Source: Basidiobolus ranarum (lineage: Eukaryota). Taken from it: a stretch of DNA of 64,000 bases. Of the stretch, positions 23,013 to 35,321 are shown in pieces. Location of the stretch: contig JASJQH010000003.1 of assembly GCA_040143965.1 (NCBI GenBank), positions 1 to 64,000 on the forward strand, written 5' to 3'. A model generated the notes under the pieces. It was not told the DNA's origin. It saw only the letters and a program-made list of their open reading frames with translations, and did no database searches. Both the position numbers and the translations under genes were made by a program. Numbering within the stretch: the stretch's first letter is position 1; each line of letters starts with the position of its first letter.

Positions 23013-25262
23013 TCACAGCCAAAGACTTGGCTCTCGCAATTTTTCATGGAGATATTTGCAGAGACCATTACTTCGGCTTGAACTTATTGCTTGAAGCTCA
23101 GCCTTTTTATGAGAATGAAGCATTTGTGATATCTCTCGTCTAAAAATTCAAAGATCAGATTCTAAAGTGTTTATAGCCAAGAATGCTGATCATTACCGCA
23201 ATCTCTTGTCCTCAATTATATCACTCCGCGCAAGCAGATCATATCCCTTTCTTATATCGTACTTTGACATCGGAAGTAGACTGTTTAAAGATATAGGGGA
23301 TCTAAGGACACAAAAATGTTACTATACGTATCTATAGTGTTAAATCTCTGCATACCTCTCCCTGTCTTGATAGTGTAAGCCTATCCAGTTTGCCTCAGGT
23401 ATTGATAAATTCGTTTTATCGTAAGCCATTGACTGTGATGAATGTTTAAGATATGTGATAGTAGCGACGTAGATGTAGTGTCTTACCATAGAACCATGCT
23501 TATACACTGTAAATATTTCCACTCCTAATAGCCTTCATGTCAGTACTATGGGCAAAAAGGCAATGTACATCAATGAAACTTGCCATATGGATCATTATCC
23601 ATTAGACAGAAAACGGAAATTGGAGACTTCATGGTGCTACGATATCGGTCTTGGTCGATTATCATTCTGATCAACTGACGGGTAGCTAGATCCTACGCTA
23701 ATGATTAGTTTGAAATGATCAGGTAATTTGGAGATTATTTCCAAAACATTACTGGATAGCCTTTTCCCTGTAAAAGTGAAGTTAGATACACTGCAATCAT
23801 TGAAGCTTAGATAGATACTAAACTGTAATTAGAATATATGGGCCATGTAGGTCACTGAAGCCAGATGACAACAAATGACGGAAGGTAGCCTGCATATCCC
23901 GATGATAAGTTCATATAGATATTCCTCCACTCTGTTAGTATTTTATGGCCTACCTCTTCCTCTACAACTAGGATGAAATTTGCGTCGAATTCCAGATTTA
24001 TAAAACAGATGAGCTTATGGGTAAATTGGGTTAAAGCAATATTTGACTAGACTTATTTAGGATCTGATCTATAGGAGGTATTAGATGTCCCTATGGTGCG
24101 TTAATCTATGAAATCATCCAATTTTGAAAGATAGTGTATACTTGGTTTTCCCCAGAATTTCCGTTTGTGCAATCAACCACACTACCATTTAACTTGAAGA
24201 TACGTATGTTACCCGAAACAAGCCCTTTGGAGGAAGCGATCTGAGATATATCAGTATAATTCAAAGCACTAGTTACTAATATACATCATATATTACCACG
24301 TTAAGAAGAGAACGAGATATTAATAGAGTGCATGCAATGTCTTCAATGATCTTGGAATAATAAGAACCCATTCTATGCATAAAATAGCATGCAATGCATG
24401 TAAAATACCCGATCAACAAGATTCTGTGACTCAAATAATGCTACATCACGGTAGAAAATTTCTCTGTTGATGGAGTAAGAAGGAGCTCCGACAATGTAAA
24501 ATATCCTGATCACACCTTTTTGTTAGTACTATATCATCAATAAGAGCACTATGACATATTTCTAAGATCTTTAGGATAGCCGCTTGAAGATTTCTCGATT
24601 AATTGATATTATATTAGCAAATATGTGAAAAATATGCTTTACCGAATATTCTTGTCGATTTTGGAGACACAAGAGATATCTTTCGCTTCAGCTTTCGATT
24701 GATTGATGTTACCTGAGAATCCACACTGATTTTGAGGTTACTTTTTTTATAGAACTAAAGATATTCTAATGTGGAGTAACTTATTCTTTGCTGTGGGCTT
24801 AGCAACTCTTCTGTACGCCAAACACAAGGTTGGTTTAATATCTTGATGAATATCAGCCAGCAAAGCATTCATGAGCCCCTCGATCTTCTTAATTACGATA
24901 TTCCTAATAGCTATGTAATTATTTTCTGATTATATGTAGCCTTTGTGATAAGTGGGTACCTGATATCTGACTTATTCTCCTTAGAATGATATCCTACATT
25001 TTTATCAACTGCAGTATCGAGTTGGAATGATTTGGACTATAGAGTGGATGTGAGAACTGACCAATGGATTACCTGATGCCATCTCTTCCACCATAATGAT
25101 ATCTTCGAATTCACTCTCCTCGAAAGTCACCTCGTCATCAAAGCAATAATCAAGATCCTCCAATTCCACACTTGAGCTTCGCTTGCTTGAATTGGAGTTG
25201 ATTTCCAAGTCGGAAGAACTTGAATCTGAGGAGTCATAGATGCTAAGAATAGATGAACTCAT
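23013..25262 (-). CDS. SPO11: Meiotic double-strand-break protein Spo11 (topoisomerase VI A subunit family), about 17 small exons
   Basis: Assembled exons read VIKKIEGLM; AAILKILE..LTKREIFYRD (catalytic Tyr codon 24451-24453); IIEDIACTL..SRSLLNVIASSKGLVSG; FILVVEEEATF; ILITGKGYPDLATR; MDNDPYGVEIFTVYKHGS; SMAYD..WIGL; KAELQA; ending WL-stop at 23013-23015. Confidence 0.92.
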
Positions 25263-25853
25263 ATCTTGATACACAGCATCCTAGTTAGTTGGCATGATAA
25301 GGCACTTTTATGCAGTACACAAGTTTACTAGGTTACCTGATATATATTAAAAGCTTTAAAATCGATGAAAGTTTGTTCAACGAAATAGAACAAGTTGGCT
25401 ACAGGATTAAATGATGCATGATTGTTATTTAAATAGCTCCTTTTATGTCTTGCATTAAAGCAATTTGTGATTGCATGCTCAACAAAGAATGAGTTGATAT
25501 TTTCGAATATTCATCTGCGATTGGTGAGCTCCTCACTATGTTGTCACAACCATCAACAATGGGGTATTGACCAAAATTGAAATAATCCATCCTAAACGTT
25601 ATGAAAAGAGATATTTGGTAATTCCAAAATGGTTTTAACTCAGGTTACAGTGGGGCTTAGTTGCATTTAATCATCTGCATCGTAATATAAATAATCACAT
25701 ATGACCAACATCCCAGGAATAATACTCAGTAAACACAGGCAACATGATTGTTAGTAAACCTAAATTATCTGCATGCTTCAGTACAATAATAGTAGTCTAT
25801 TTGAAAAGTGTTTATTGATGCGATTGTACATATAAATATTAGAGTTAAATTCT

Positions 25854-27456
<1,603 letters not shown>

Positions 27457-27576
27457 TTATATGCAGATTTTTTTGCACACGTAAGAACCCGATTGGATAC
27501 GTTCGGTTCCCGTAGGAACCAAATTTGAACGGCATAGACAATAATGAATATTATCTATAGTGATTTCTATTGGATG

Positions 27577-27627
27577 TTACTAATCAATGAAGTGTAGAAC
27601 TATTCTCATCAATCAAGATATTAGTAA
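27577..27627. promoter_or_regulatory. Two AP-1/Yap1-type elements (TTACTAA 27577-27583; TTAGTAA 27621-27627) upstream of glutathione reductase
   Basis: Exact matches to the Yap1 response element 160-210 nt upstream of the GLR1 ATG. The AT-rich context lowers specificity. Confidence 0.45.
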
Positions 27628-27984
27628 TTCATTCTTATTATTAACGATGTTAATCAAAAAGACGCTTACAAATCACTATGGCATATGAAGCAATTCTATT
27701 TCAAATACTTGATTTTCGTTCCATAATAGCCATTAAGCTTTAAGGCCTCCCAGAAAATCATATCAGATCAGATTTAAAATTGTTTAGTATTTTGAGTAAA
27801 AAGATGAGATTTATGTTTAAATTGGTTGGGGGTTTTTCTGGGGAAAAGTGACATTCAATTTGAATTTCAACTAATTAACCCCAAAGTACACCCCGGGCCA
27901 GATACTTCTCACTTCATAACTGAGGTCGGTATTGCTGAGTCTATCGTTTACAAACTAACCTTAGTGCCAAATCTTTCAAACAAT

Positions 27985-28296
27985 ATGGGTGGATACTACG
28001 TTATTGCTGGTAAGAAGATCATGAACGAATACGTGAGTGCCTTTTCGTTAGTTTCTTCCTCTACAACAATACTGTCATAAAATGTACTCGATCGCTTACC
28101 TTTATATTAGCTTGCTATAGGTACACTCGTCGGTCTAGGTGCTGGTGTATTTGCAGCCACTAGATTCTCTGGCTCTAAGGAGCCTGCAACCCCCATTGCT
28201 GAAAAGGCTTTGCCTGCTGTCAACACCACTCTTGACGAAGAAGATGTCATCAACGAGTTCATTAGAGCTATTGAGAGTGAAGAAAGCAAGAATTAA
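27985..28296 (+). CDS. ATP19: Mitochondrial ATP synthase subunit k, 2 exons
   Basis: MGGYYVIAGKKIMNEY / LAIGTLVGLGAGVFAATRF...DEEDVINEFIRAIESEESKN. Intron gtgagt...tag at about 28033-28110. Confidence 0.8.
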
Positions 28297-28824
28297 GCAC
28301 ATCTATCCGAGCACCCTGTTCTACATCAACCATAGCATTTTATTTCGTCTCAACTATCACATACAAACATCTATGTGAAGATCATTTGAATTTGATATGA
28401 AATTCTTTTGTTTTTATTACACAGAAGCGGTTTGTCACCATGTAAACTGAATAAATCAACTACTATATACAACCTTGCGTTCATCATCAGCACGAAGTTC
28501 CTATATATATATGATTGTACATATATGAAATTCTTATGACCTTTTCCAAGGTAAAAATATGCCATAATTATTAATATGTAGGAGAAACAGGCATATGTGG
28601 GGAAGATCTCTTTTGTTTTATTCGCATCAAGATTACAAATGCTTTTTAGACGTGCGACAGAAATCTTCAACAGGTCAATTTTACCTCGGATGGAGTCTAC
28701 GTAATATGGAATTATTATGTTCAAGTAAAATAACAGCATAGTGAAATTTTCTTGGAGTATTTTTGTAAAGCTTAAGAATATGTAATGTAGACAAATAAAA
28801 AGGTATTGGGTTTATCTATATGCC

Positions 28825-29510
28825 TTAGTTATCATTAACAAGACCAAGAATCATTCTAGAAAAATTGTAGATATTTCAATAGAGAGCAGTGGTGGCTGAA
28901 GATAATTGTAATACTAACCTATAGAGGTAATAGAAGAAGGTAAGGAGGTAAAATGCCATTTTGCTGAAAGATTCTTTCTTGTGGTTAGGAAGGGTACGGA
29001 AAATCTCCGTTGCATCGTACATATGTTTACCACTAAGCAATCTATGAAGAAAAATAGCCAAGGATTAGCTAACATCGAGACATCTGAATAAATATGGAGA
29101 AAATACTTACTGTCTGGTGTTAAAAGCAACAATTGGTAGGTTAATAAGCATAGCAATCCAACTTCCATTTAAGAAAAGGACCGCGAATAGTAAGTACTCG
29201 ACAAGATATTCTGGAAGGACGAACTAAAGAGATTGACATCAGTGAAATGTAATATAGTTGGATCATGTTTAGACGAAAAAAGTACCTGGTTAAGTTTGTT
29301 ACACAAGTCAATGGGGTTAATGTAATCACTCTCCAGATCTGTTAGCATAATCACCTACGGTTAGTTATGTTAAGGATATTATATCATCTGCATCAAATAT
29401 GAAATTGTAAAGAAAGTTTCCGAAAAAAAGGATACATAAAAGACCATTCCAAACAGGAGAATTGCCGATAATATAAGGGCAAACAGAAATAAAATAGCTT
29501 CTCCATTCAT
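28825..29510 (-). CDS. ERV14: Cornichon family ER cargo receptor, 5 exons
   Basis: MNGEAILFLFALILSAILLFGMVFY / VIMLTDLESDYINPIDLCNKLN / HMYDATEIFRTLPNHKKESFSKMAFYLLTFFYYLYR / MILGLVNDN. Confidence 0.93.
29355..29435 (-). other. U12-type GT-AG intron in cornichon/ERV14
   Basis: 5' site GTATCCTTT, branch point ATCCTTAAC, 3' TAG. Confidence 0.9.
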
Positions 29511-30171
29511 ATTTGCTGAAGTAATTGATTAGCTGAACAGTTTACAATGTTGCAAGAAGGCCAGTTGAGAAAAGTACTCTCCTCGAAGAAAACTTTCGAG
29601 ATATCTCAATGACACGTGATTACTCAATGCAAAATTACAATGACCACTAAGGTGACGACATCACAGAGTTTAGTTAGCATCCATATCCACATTATCGCAT
29701 GATGATGTTATCCGCTCGTTGATTCTAACAGATATTTTAACAATATTTACTTTTACTGCAATGAAGCAATAGATACCGTCAACACCAACTTCATCTCCGT
29801 CCTAACCATACATGGAGTAGTTGCATAATTTCTCCAACGTTGATGAAGTATAGGCTGGGATCAAATTACAATGCCAAGGTTGAATTTTAGTTAGCAAACT
29901 CTGTTTAGTCACTGATTATAATTCCATTTGTAGATTACATTTGTTGATGGAATAATTCGACCATAAATTCCTTTTTGAGTACAGTACGCTCGATCGTATA
30001 GAAGGGATGTGTGTAACAATGGTGAGAACTTGGGTAGATAAGAGATAAGGTTGGGAAAATTCCATCAAACACTGGTCATATGATTGACATCCCTCGTTCT
30101 CACCTTCTTGCATCTATAAAAAGGTTTGCGGCTGACATTGAACCCACATCGAGGTACTTATAATTACTACC

Positions 30172-30450
30172 ATGTCCCTTCGCATCGCAACTCTTCGCAC
30201 CGTTCTCCAAACAAAGAACTCCATTCTCCAACCGGCAGTGACCTCTACCCGCCAATACACCAGCATCTCATCTTCTCTAAATGATGCGGCTGACCAAGAA
30301 CATCACAATTTCCTTGCTAATATTCTGACCACGTCTTCTGATGCTGACTGGAGTAGTGTATCTGTCCAAAATCACAATGTAGTTGCTCCAATCTCTACTC
30401 CCATGGAGCCTGCACATAATGTTTTATGGGAAGATCTTATTCAGGAATGA
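30172..30450 (+). CDS. Small putative mitochondrial protein, paralog A
   Basis: TATA (tataaaa) about 55 nt upstream, Arg/Ser/Thr-rich presequence ending RQY/T, and a C-terminal motif shared with the 31309 ORF. Confidence 0.75.
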   Translation: MSLRIATLRTVLQTKNSILQPAVTSTRQYTSISSSLNDAADQEHHNFLANILTTSSDADWSSVSVQNHNVVAPISTPMEPAHNVLWEDLIQE

Positions 30451-30783
30451 GTAACTGGCTGTATTTTCAATAATCTACTCGCTTGTACTATAATCCAATA
30501 CTCTCTATTTGCTTCCTTTCCTTTCCTTGACAATGTAACAAAGCTTCATCTTTTAATAAATCACGTGAAAATCACTTTTGTTGCTTGTATGCAACTTTAG
30601 TCTACTTGGAACATTTATTTGCCTTTGAAGGTTCCCACAATCGAATTCGAGAATCAAATTCCAACCCTAGCCCTAGAACTATAGATCTCTTATCTAGAGT
30701 CAGATGACCCTCGCAATTAGTTTTAGCTCCTAGATATAGGGCAACTGTGACATGCATGACATGATTTTCTATTCAACAGAGCG

Positions 30784-30847
30784 GTATTAAATGAAATAGT
30801 ACTGGAAGAATTAGCAGTATTAAATAGAATAGTACTGGAAGAATTAG
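30784..30847. repeat. 31-bp tandem duplication (33-nt period)
   Basis: gtattaaatgaaatagtactggaagaattag / gtattaaatagaatagtactggaagaattag. Confidence 0.85.
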
Positions 30848-31308
30848 TGAGCAATATCCCGTTGAAGTGGGGGGACATCATTAAGGTGCGATCAGCTGAC
30901 CCAGTGATTCGACTTAGTAATATTGCAGGTACCTCGGTTTTTCACCAGGCAAAGTTCTGTTGACAATGATGGCGCCACCAAAATATCGCAATTGTCCACT
31001 GTTACGTAAGTCTCAGTTGGATAAAACCTAGGATGCAGCCCCTATTTGCTGATAATCTGAGACCAAGTAAAGGCTCAGAGCCATTGCGGCTCAATCAAGT
31101 TTAAAAAATATGACTTGGCCTCTTGATTTGAATGGACCCGACCTATGAGAGAGCTGCTCAAAATATAAGCAATAACACCACCTTCGGAAGATTAGGGATG
31201 TATAGCGGAGAGATTAGGAAAGGCTCCATGAAACTCATACGTATAAAAGAGCAGGAGCATCCTCAGGATTTGGTTATCCAAGTTTAACTTGACTACTCTC
31301 CAATAAAT

Positions 31309-31614
31309 ATGAACTCCCTACGCGCTGCCACTCAATCTCGCTCACTAAGAAGCTATAACTTTATCCCACGATTTGGTTCTACCTATACCATTCGTGCTTA
31401 CACTAACAACCCTCGCTATCCAAACGATGAAAAGGAACGCACTCAGTTCGAATCTGCCCATCATGATTACCTCTCGAATGTTCTAAAGGGATCTTCAGAC
31501 GAAGACTGGTCTTCCCCAGCTGTCCAAAACCATTCTGAAAACATAACGAACCATATTCATACTCCTGCTTCATCTAATGAGCAACTCTGGGAAGATCTTG
31601 TCAAAGACAACTAA
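31309..31614 (+). CDS. Small putative mitochondrial protein, paralog B
   Basis: TATA (tataaaa) about 65 nt upstream, presequence ending RAY/T, and the motif HHxxLxNxLxxSSDxDWSS..VQNH...TP...LWEDL shared with the 30172 ORF. Confidence 0.75.
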   Translation: MNSLRAATQSRSLRSYNFIPRFGSTYTIRAYTNNPRYPNDEKERTQFESAHHDYLSNVLKGSSDEDWSSPAVQNHSENITNHIHTPASSNEQLWEDLVKDN

Positions 31615-32475
31615 TTGAATGTGTAATAAGTTTGATGGATTTATTTTAAAGCTTTGCCGAATACACATCTTACTGATGAACTACCTGTGACGTCCCATTC
31701 AACTCTTGGGATAGATTCACTCAAATATGTAGTCCTATATATATACACTTTTGGCGTAACAATCATTTGTAATTCTACATCTCATCATGTTTTTCTCGCC
31801 ATGTACAAACATCTTGATCGAAGGGAAAATAAAGAAATTCATGATACATATCTTAAAGTGACTATTATTTTAGAAAAGGGAAAGAATGGAAATGGTAATG
31901 AAAGATCATTGGCGATAATCTTAATCCTAATAGAGTATGATAGAATTAGTAACGTTATTGGAATGCCAGCCACACAAATCTCTGAATGTTGAATAATAGG
32001 CTAAAATTACAAGGTTCTTCAAGAAGTGGTTCGATCCTACTCTAATCCAATGTGCTCAGAGATTACAAATCCTTTGGATCTCGTATGACTGTGAAACACT
32101 CAATTGGAAACATAAAATACGATTTCTTCTACGTCTCCTTTAACCAGTTTGATATATAAGAGATAAACTCACAAAATACTAAACTGTAGTTTCGATTATC
32201 TGAACGTAGTATTGATCGTAGAAGGTCTCCGCAGCGGCAAAGTTTAACCTGTAGTGTATGTGGGTTACCCAGGTTCGTAGCAGAGTTTCGGATTGTGAAA
32301 ATAGGAAAGCAGTCCGGGTTGCAGGTAACAGTCACTGTCTGGTACCACAGTGGTACAAGCTTGAAGGATGGGCTATCGTATCATCGGTTATCGATGTGAT
32401 GGTTTTTGCTTTTAATCACCAAAAATATGCTTATAATGATAGTTTATTGATAATAGATCTTAGGTATTAAAAATA

Positions 32476-33663
32476 TTAAATGTTATTTGATGAGTACTGC
32501 TTCATTAGCTTAACAAAGCCAAGAGGAGCATCACTCGAAATACAGATGTCGCAGTTGGTGGCAGATTCTAAAGCAGCCTTTGAGGCTCTCTCAAGCATCA
32601 AAGCTTCATAATCCTGAAGACATGTCTTTGGGTCCTTTTTGGCCTTGACCATCTTAACAATTTCTGAAGCCAGGTCGGCTGCGTCGAGCATGGCAAGATT
32701 GGCACCTTCACCTGCAAAGGGAGACATGACGTGGGCTGCGTCGCCGAGAAGTGTTACTCCTGGATAGGTCTCCCAATGGTGCTCAATAGGTAGTGAATAG
32801 AGTAATCGTGGAGTGAAGTGGTTGTTATCACAGCGGTGAATAAGGTCTTTCAGGGATTCATCCCAATCTGGAAAAATATCAAGTAGAAAGGTGCGTGCAT
32901 TAGATGAGGTCGAAAAGTCTTGATGGCTCAAGTAATCTTCTGCAACACGTAAAGCGACATACACACGAATACTGCCATCACCGTTTCGCTGTGCCATTAG
33001 TCCCTTGTTATCAGAAAGAGCCATCATGCTTCCTCGTCCTACTAACTTGACCTGATCAGGGTGCTGCTTCTCAACATCTGAAAGACGACACTCAACAAAG
33101 CTTACTCCAGTATATGTAGGGGTGGCATTCGAGAGTAATGGGCGTACTCGAGACCACGTACCATCAGCGCCGATGACAAGGTCGAATGTCTCCTCACTAC
33201 CATCTTCGAGCTGAATGATATGCGGACTTTTACCCTTTTGTTCAGATCTTATACTCTTCACGTAACTTCCCCAACGAACAACTCCGTTGGCGAGGGAGTT
33301 GACAAGTATTTCTCTTAGAGTACTTCGATCAATTTCAGGACGATCCCGCACATGATCGCTAGTTACTTCTTTGATGTGAGCCTTGCCAGTTTTATCCAAA
33401 ATGTAAAGATCCTGTCCCTCGTATCGGGCAAAACGTTCAAATTCTTCAAACAATTCCGCAGCTTTGAGGGCAGCCTGGCCTGACTCGGTATGAATATCCA
33501 AAGTGCCACCCTGAGGACGACTGTTGACAGATAATTCACGTTCAAAGACAACTGAAGAGATACCCCGAGTTTGAAGAATTCGAGCAAGGGTGAGGCCTCC
33601 GAGACCTCCACCGATGATGGCAATACGGAGATCGGGAGAAGCACTAGATGTGTTGGATGGCAT
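32476..33663 (-). CDS. FAD-dependent monooxygenase, TetX-like family, intronless
   Basis: GGGLGGL Rossmann motif, QGGTLDIHTESGQAAL, RPEIDRSTLR, VIGADGTWSRVR and LLGDAAHVMSPFAGEGANLAMLD. Confidence 0.9.
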   Translation of the reverse strand: MPSNTSSASPDLRIAIIGGGLGGLTLARILQTRGISSVVFERELSVNSRPQGGTLDIHTESGQAALKAAELFEEFERFARYEGQDLYILDKTGKAHIKEVTSDHVRDRPEIDRSTLREILVNSLANGVVRWGSYVKSIRSEQKGKSPHIIQLEDGSEETFDLVIGADGTWSRVRPLLSNATPTYTGVSFVECRLSDVEKQHPDQVKLVGRGSMMALSDNKGLMAQRNGDGSIRVYVALRVAEDYLSHQDFSTSSNARTFLLDIFPDWDESLKDLIHRCDNNHFTPRLLYSLPIEHHWETYPGVTLLGDAAHVMSPFAGEGANLAMLDAADLASEIVKMVKAKKDPKTCLQDYEALMLERASKAALESATNCDICISSDAPLGFVKLMKQYSSNNI

Positions 33664-34103
33664 TTTTTAGAACCGTTTAGAGGGTAAACGAACTGGAGCA
33701 TATATATACCTCACTAGAATCAAAAGTCGGAAAAATATACACCCATTCGATTGACCAAATACACACCTTTAATTCGTCGCAACATATTCATGTCCGCAGT
33801 CACTCTTACTGCATGATACTACTTTGTGCTTTCCGTTTCCGCGGATTAACTATATTGTATTTTACCTGGGCTTAGCATCTGGTATATTATAGCTAAATAA
33901 AAATCGTATGTTTAATTACGAATTCCAATGCTTAAACCTGATTCGATATTTTATAAGCGAGGTTATCCACGTATTTAAGTAGGGATTTCCCCAATGATCA
34001 GGTGTTTACGATTGGTCTTATTCATTCAGCTAGTAAATGTCTTTAAGCTGGGATCCGAGTTTGTTTCCATCTTTCTCTTTTGTAGTCCTTTGGATTCCTA
34101 GAT

Positions 34104-34631
34104 ATGGTAGGCGGACAAATTAATTATGCCAGATGGATGGCTAAACTATCCTGATTAGATATGGACTAACAACTCTATGTAATTCAATAGCCTACCACAC
34201 TTCACAAGAATAGGAAGAAGCGTGGACACGTTTCGGCCGGTCACGGTCGTGTTGGTAAACACAGAAAACATCCAGGAGGTCGTGGTCTTGCTGGTGGTCA
34301 ACATCACCATCGTATCAACATGGACAAATACCATCCTGGTTACTTCGGTAAAGTAGGTATGCGTCAATTTCATTTGACCAGAAACCAACATTATCGTCCT
34401 GTTGTTAACCTCGACAAATTGTGGACTCTTGTCTCTGAGCAAACCCGTATCAAGTATGCTGATAATAAGGAGATCGTTCCTGTTATTGACACCCTTCGTG
34501 CTGGTTATGGCAAGGTTTTGGGTAAAGGTCGTCTCCCAGAACAACCTGTTATTGTTAAGGCTCGTTATATCTCTCGTCGTGCTGAGGAGAAGATTAAGCA
34601 AACTGGTGGATGCGTTGTTCTTACTGCTTAA
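34104..34631 (+). CDS. RPL28: 60S ribosomal protein uL15 (L28/L27a); exon 1 is the ATG only
   Basis: ATG at 34104, intron 34107-34190, then [32 protein letters not shown]...[15 protein letters not shown]. Confidence 0.97.
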
Positions 34632-35321
34632 GCGAAACGATGGTTTTAATAAAATCAATCTCAAATTGACTCTACACTGAATGTATATCTTATGGAAGCT
34701 ATTTCTCCCATGACTGTTGTTTGTACGTTATCTGTAACAAACCGCCTGCATCAAGCTACTTGCAATATGCAATCGGTGTATCTCCTTAGCACTTACCACT
34801 ATTTTAATGACTCAGATAATTACTAATAACACATCGCCAAATAATCTACAAATTAGATTTTGGTAAGAGGGAATTCATCATCACGTATATCATTCAGATC
34901 ATCCCTCAATTAAATGAATTTTTAAAAAAAGGTTAGTGGGTCTGTCCTCGTGATCAAACAGCCTGGAGGGGTGATGACATTATTTGAAAGACAGGATAGG
35001 TAATATCTCTCTGGAAATATAATCCTAAATAGATTCTGAAGTCACAACTTAAACCCTTGTTTGTGAATTAACAAAAACCACATCCAAACAGTGTCAGCTT
35101 TCTTTGCGTTTGTCTAGTTTACGTTCGCCAACACCTTCCTTTTACCTTTGTAACTCATATTCTCTTTGAAGGGGAAAACTAATTGCAGAAAACCAACTGT
35201 CTCTAGAATAACTCATTTCCATAAGACTGCAAGTACGAAAGCATATATTCACTGAAGTTAATGGAAATACTTTGAGAGGAAGGATCCTACACGGCTTAAT
35301 ATTTTAACTATCCTTGATCTC

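Noticed and set aside
25005-25274. Stand-alone acidic 89-aa ORF
   Set aside because: It is exon 1 of SPO11 read through into intron 25009-25072.
29613-29618. CACGTG upstream of ERV14 (also upstream of SWP1 near 39991) as a shared ER-stress or bHLH element
   Set aside because: Single hexamers that cannot be distinguished from chance.
30784-30847. Short direct repeats as CRISPR-like
   Set aside because: Only two adjacent copies with no spacers, eukaryotic context and no cas genes.
34155-34664. 169-aa minus-strand ORF
   Set aside because: Antisense to RPL28.
34971-35039. C-box/D-box-like pair (GTGATGA...CTGA) as a snoRNA
   Set aside because: No recognisable rRNA guide or convincing terminal stem.
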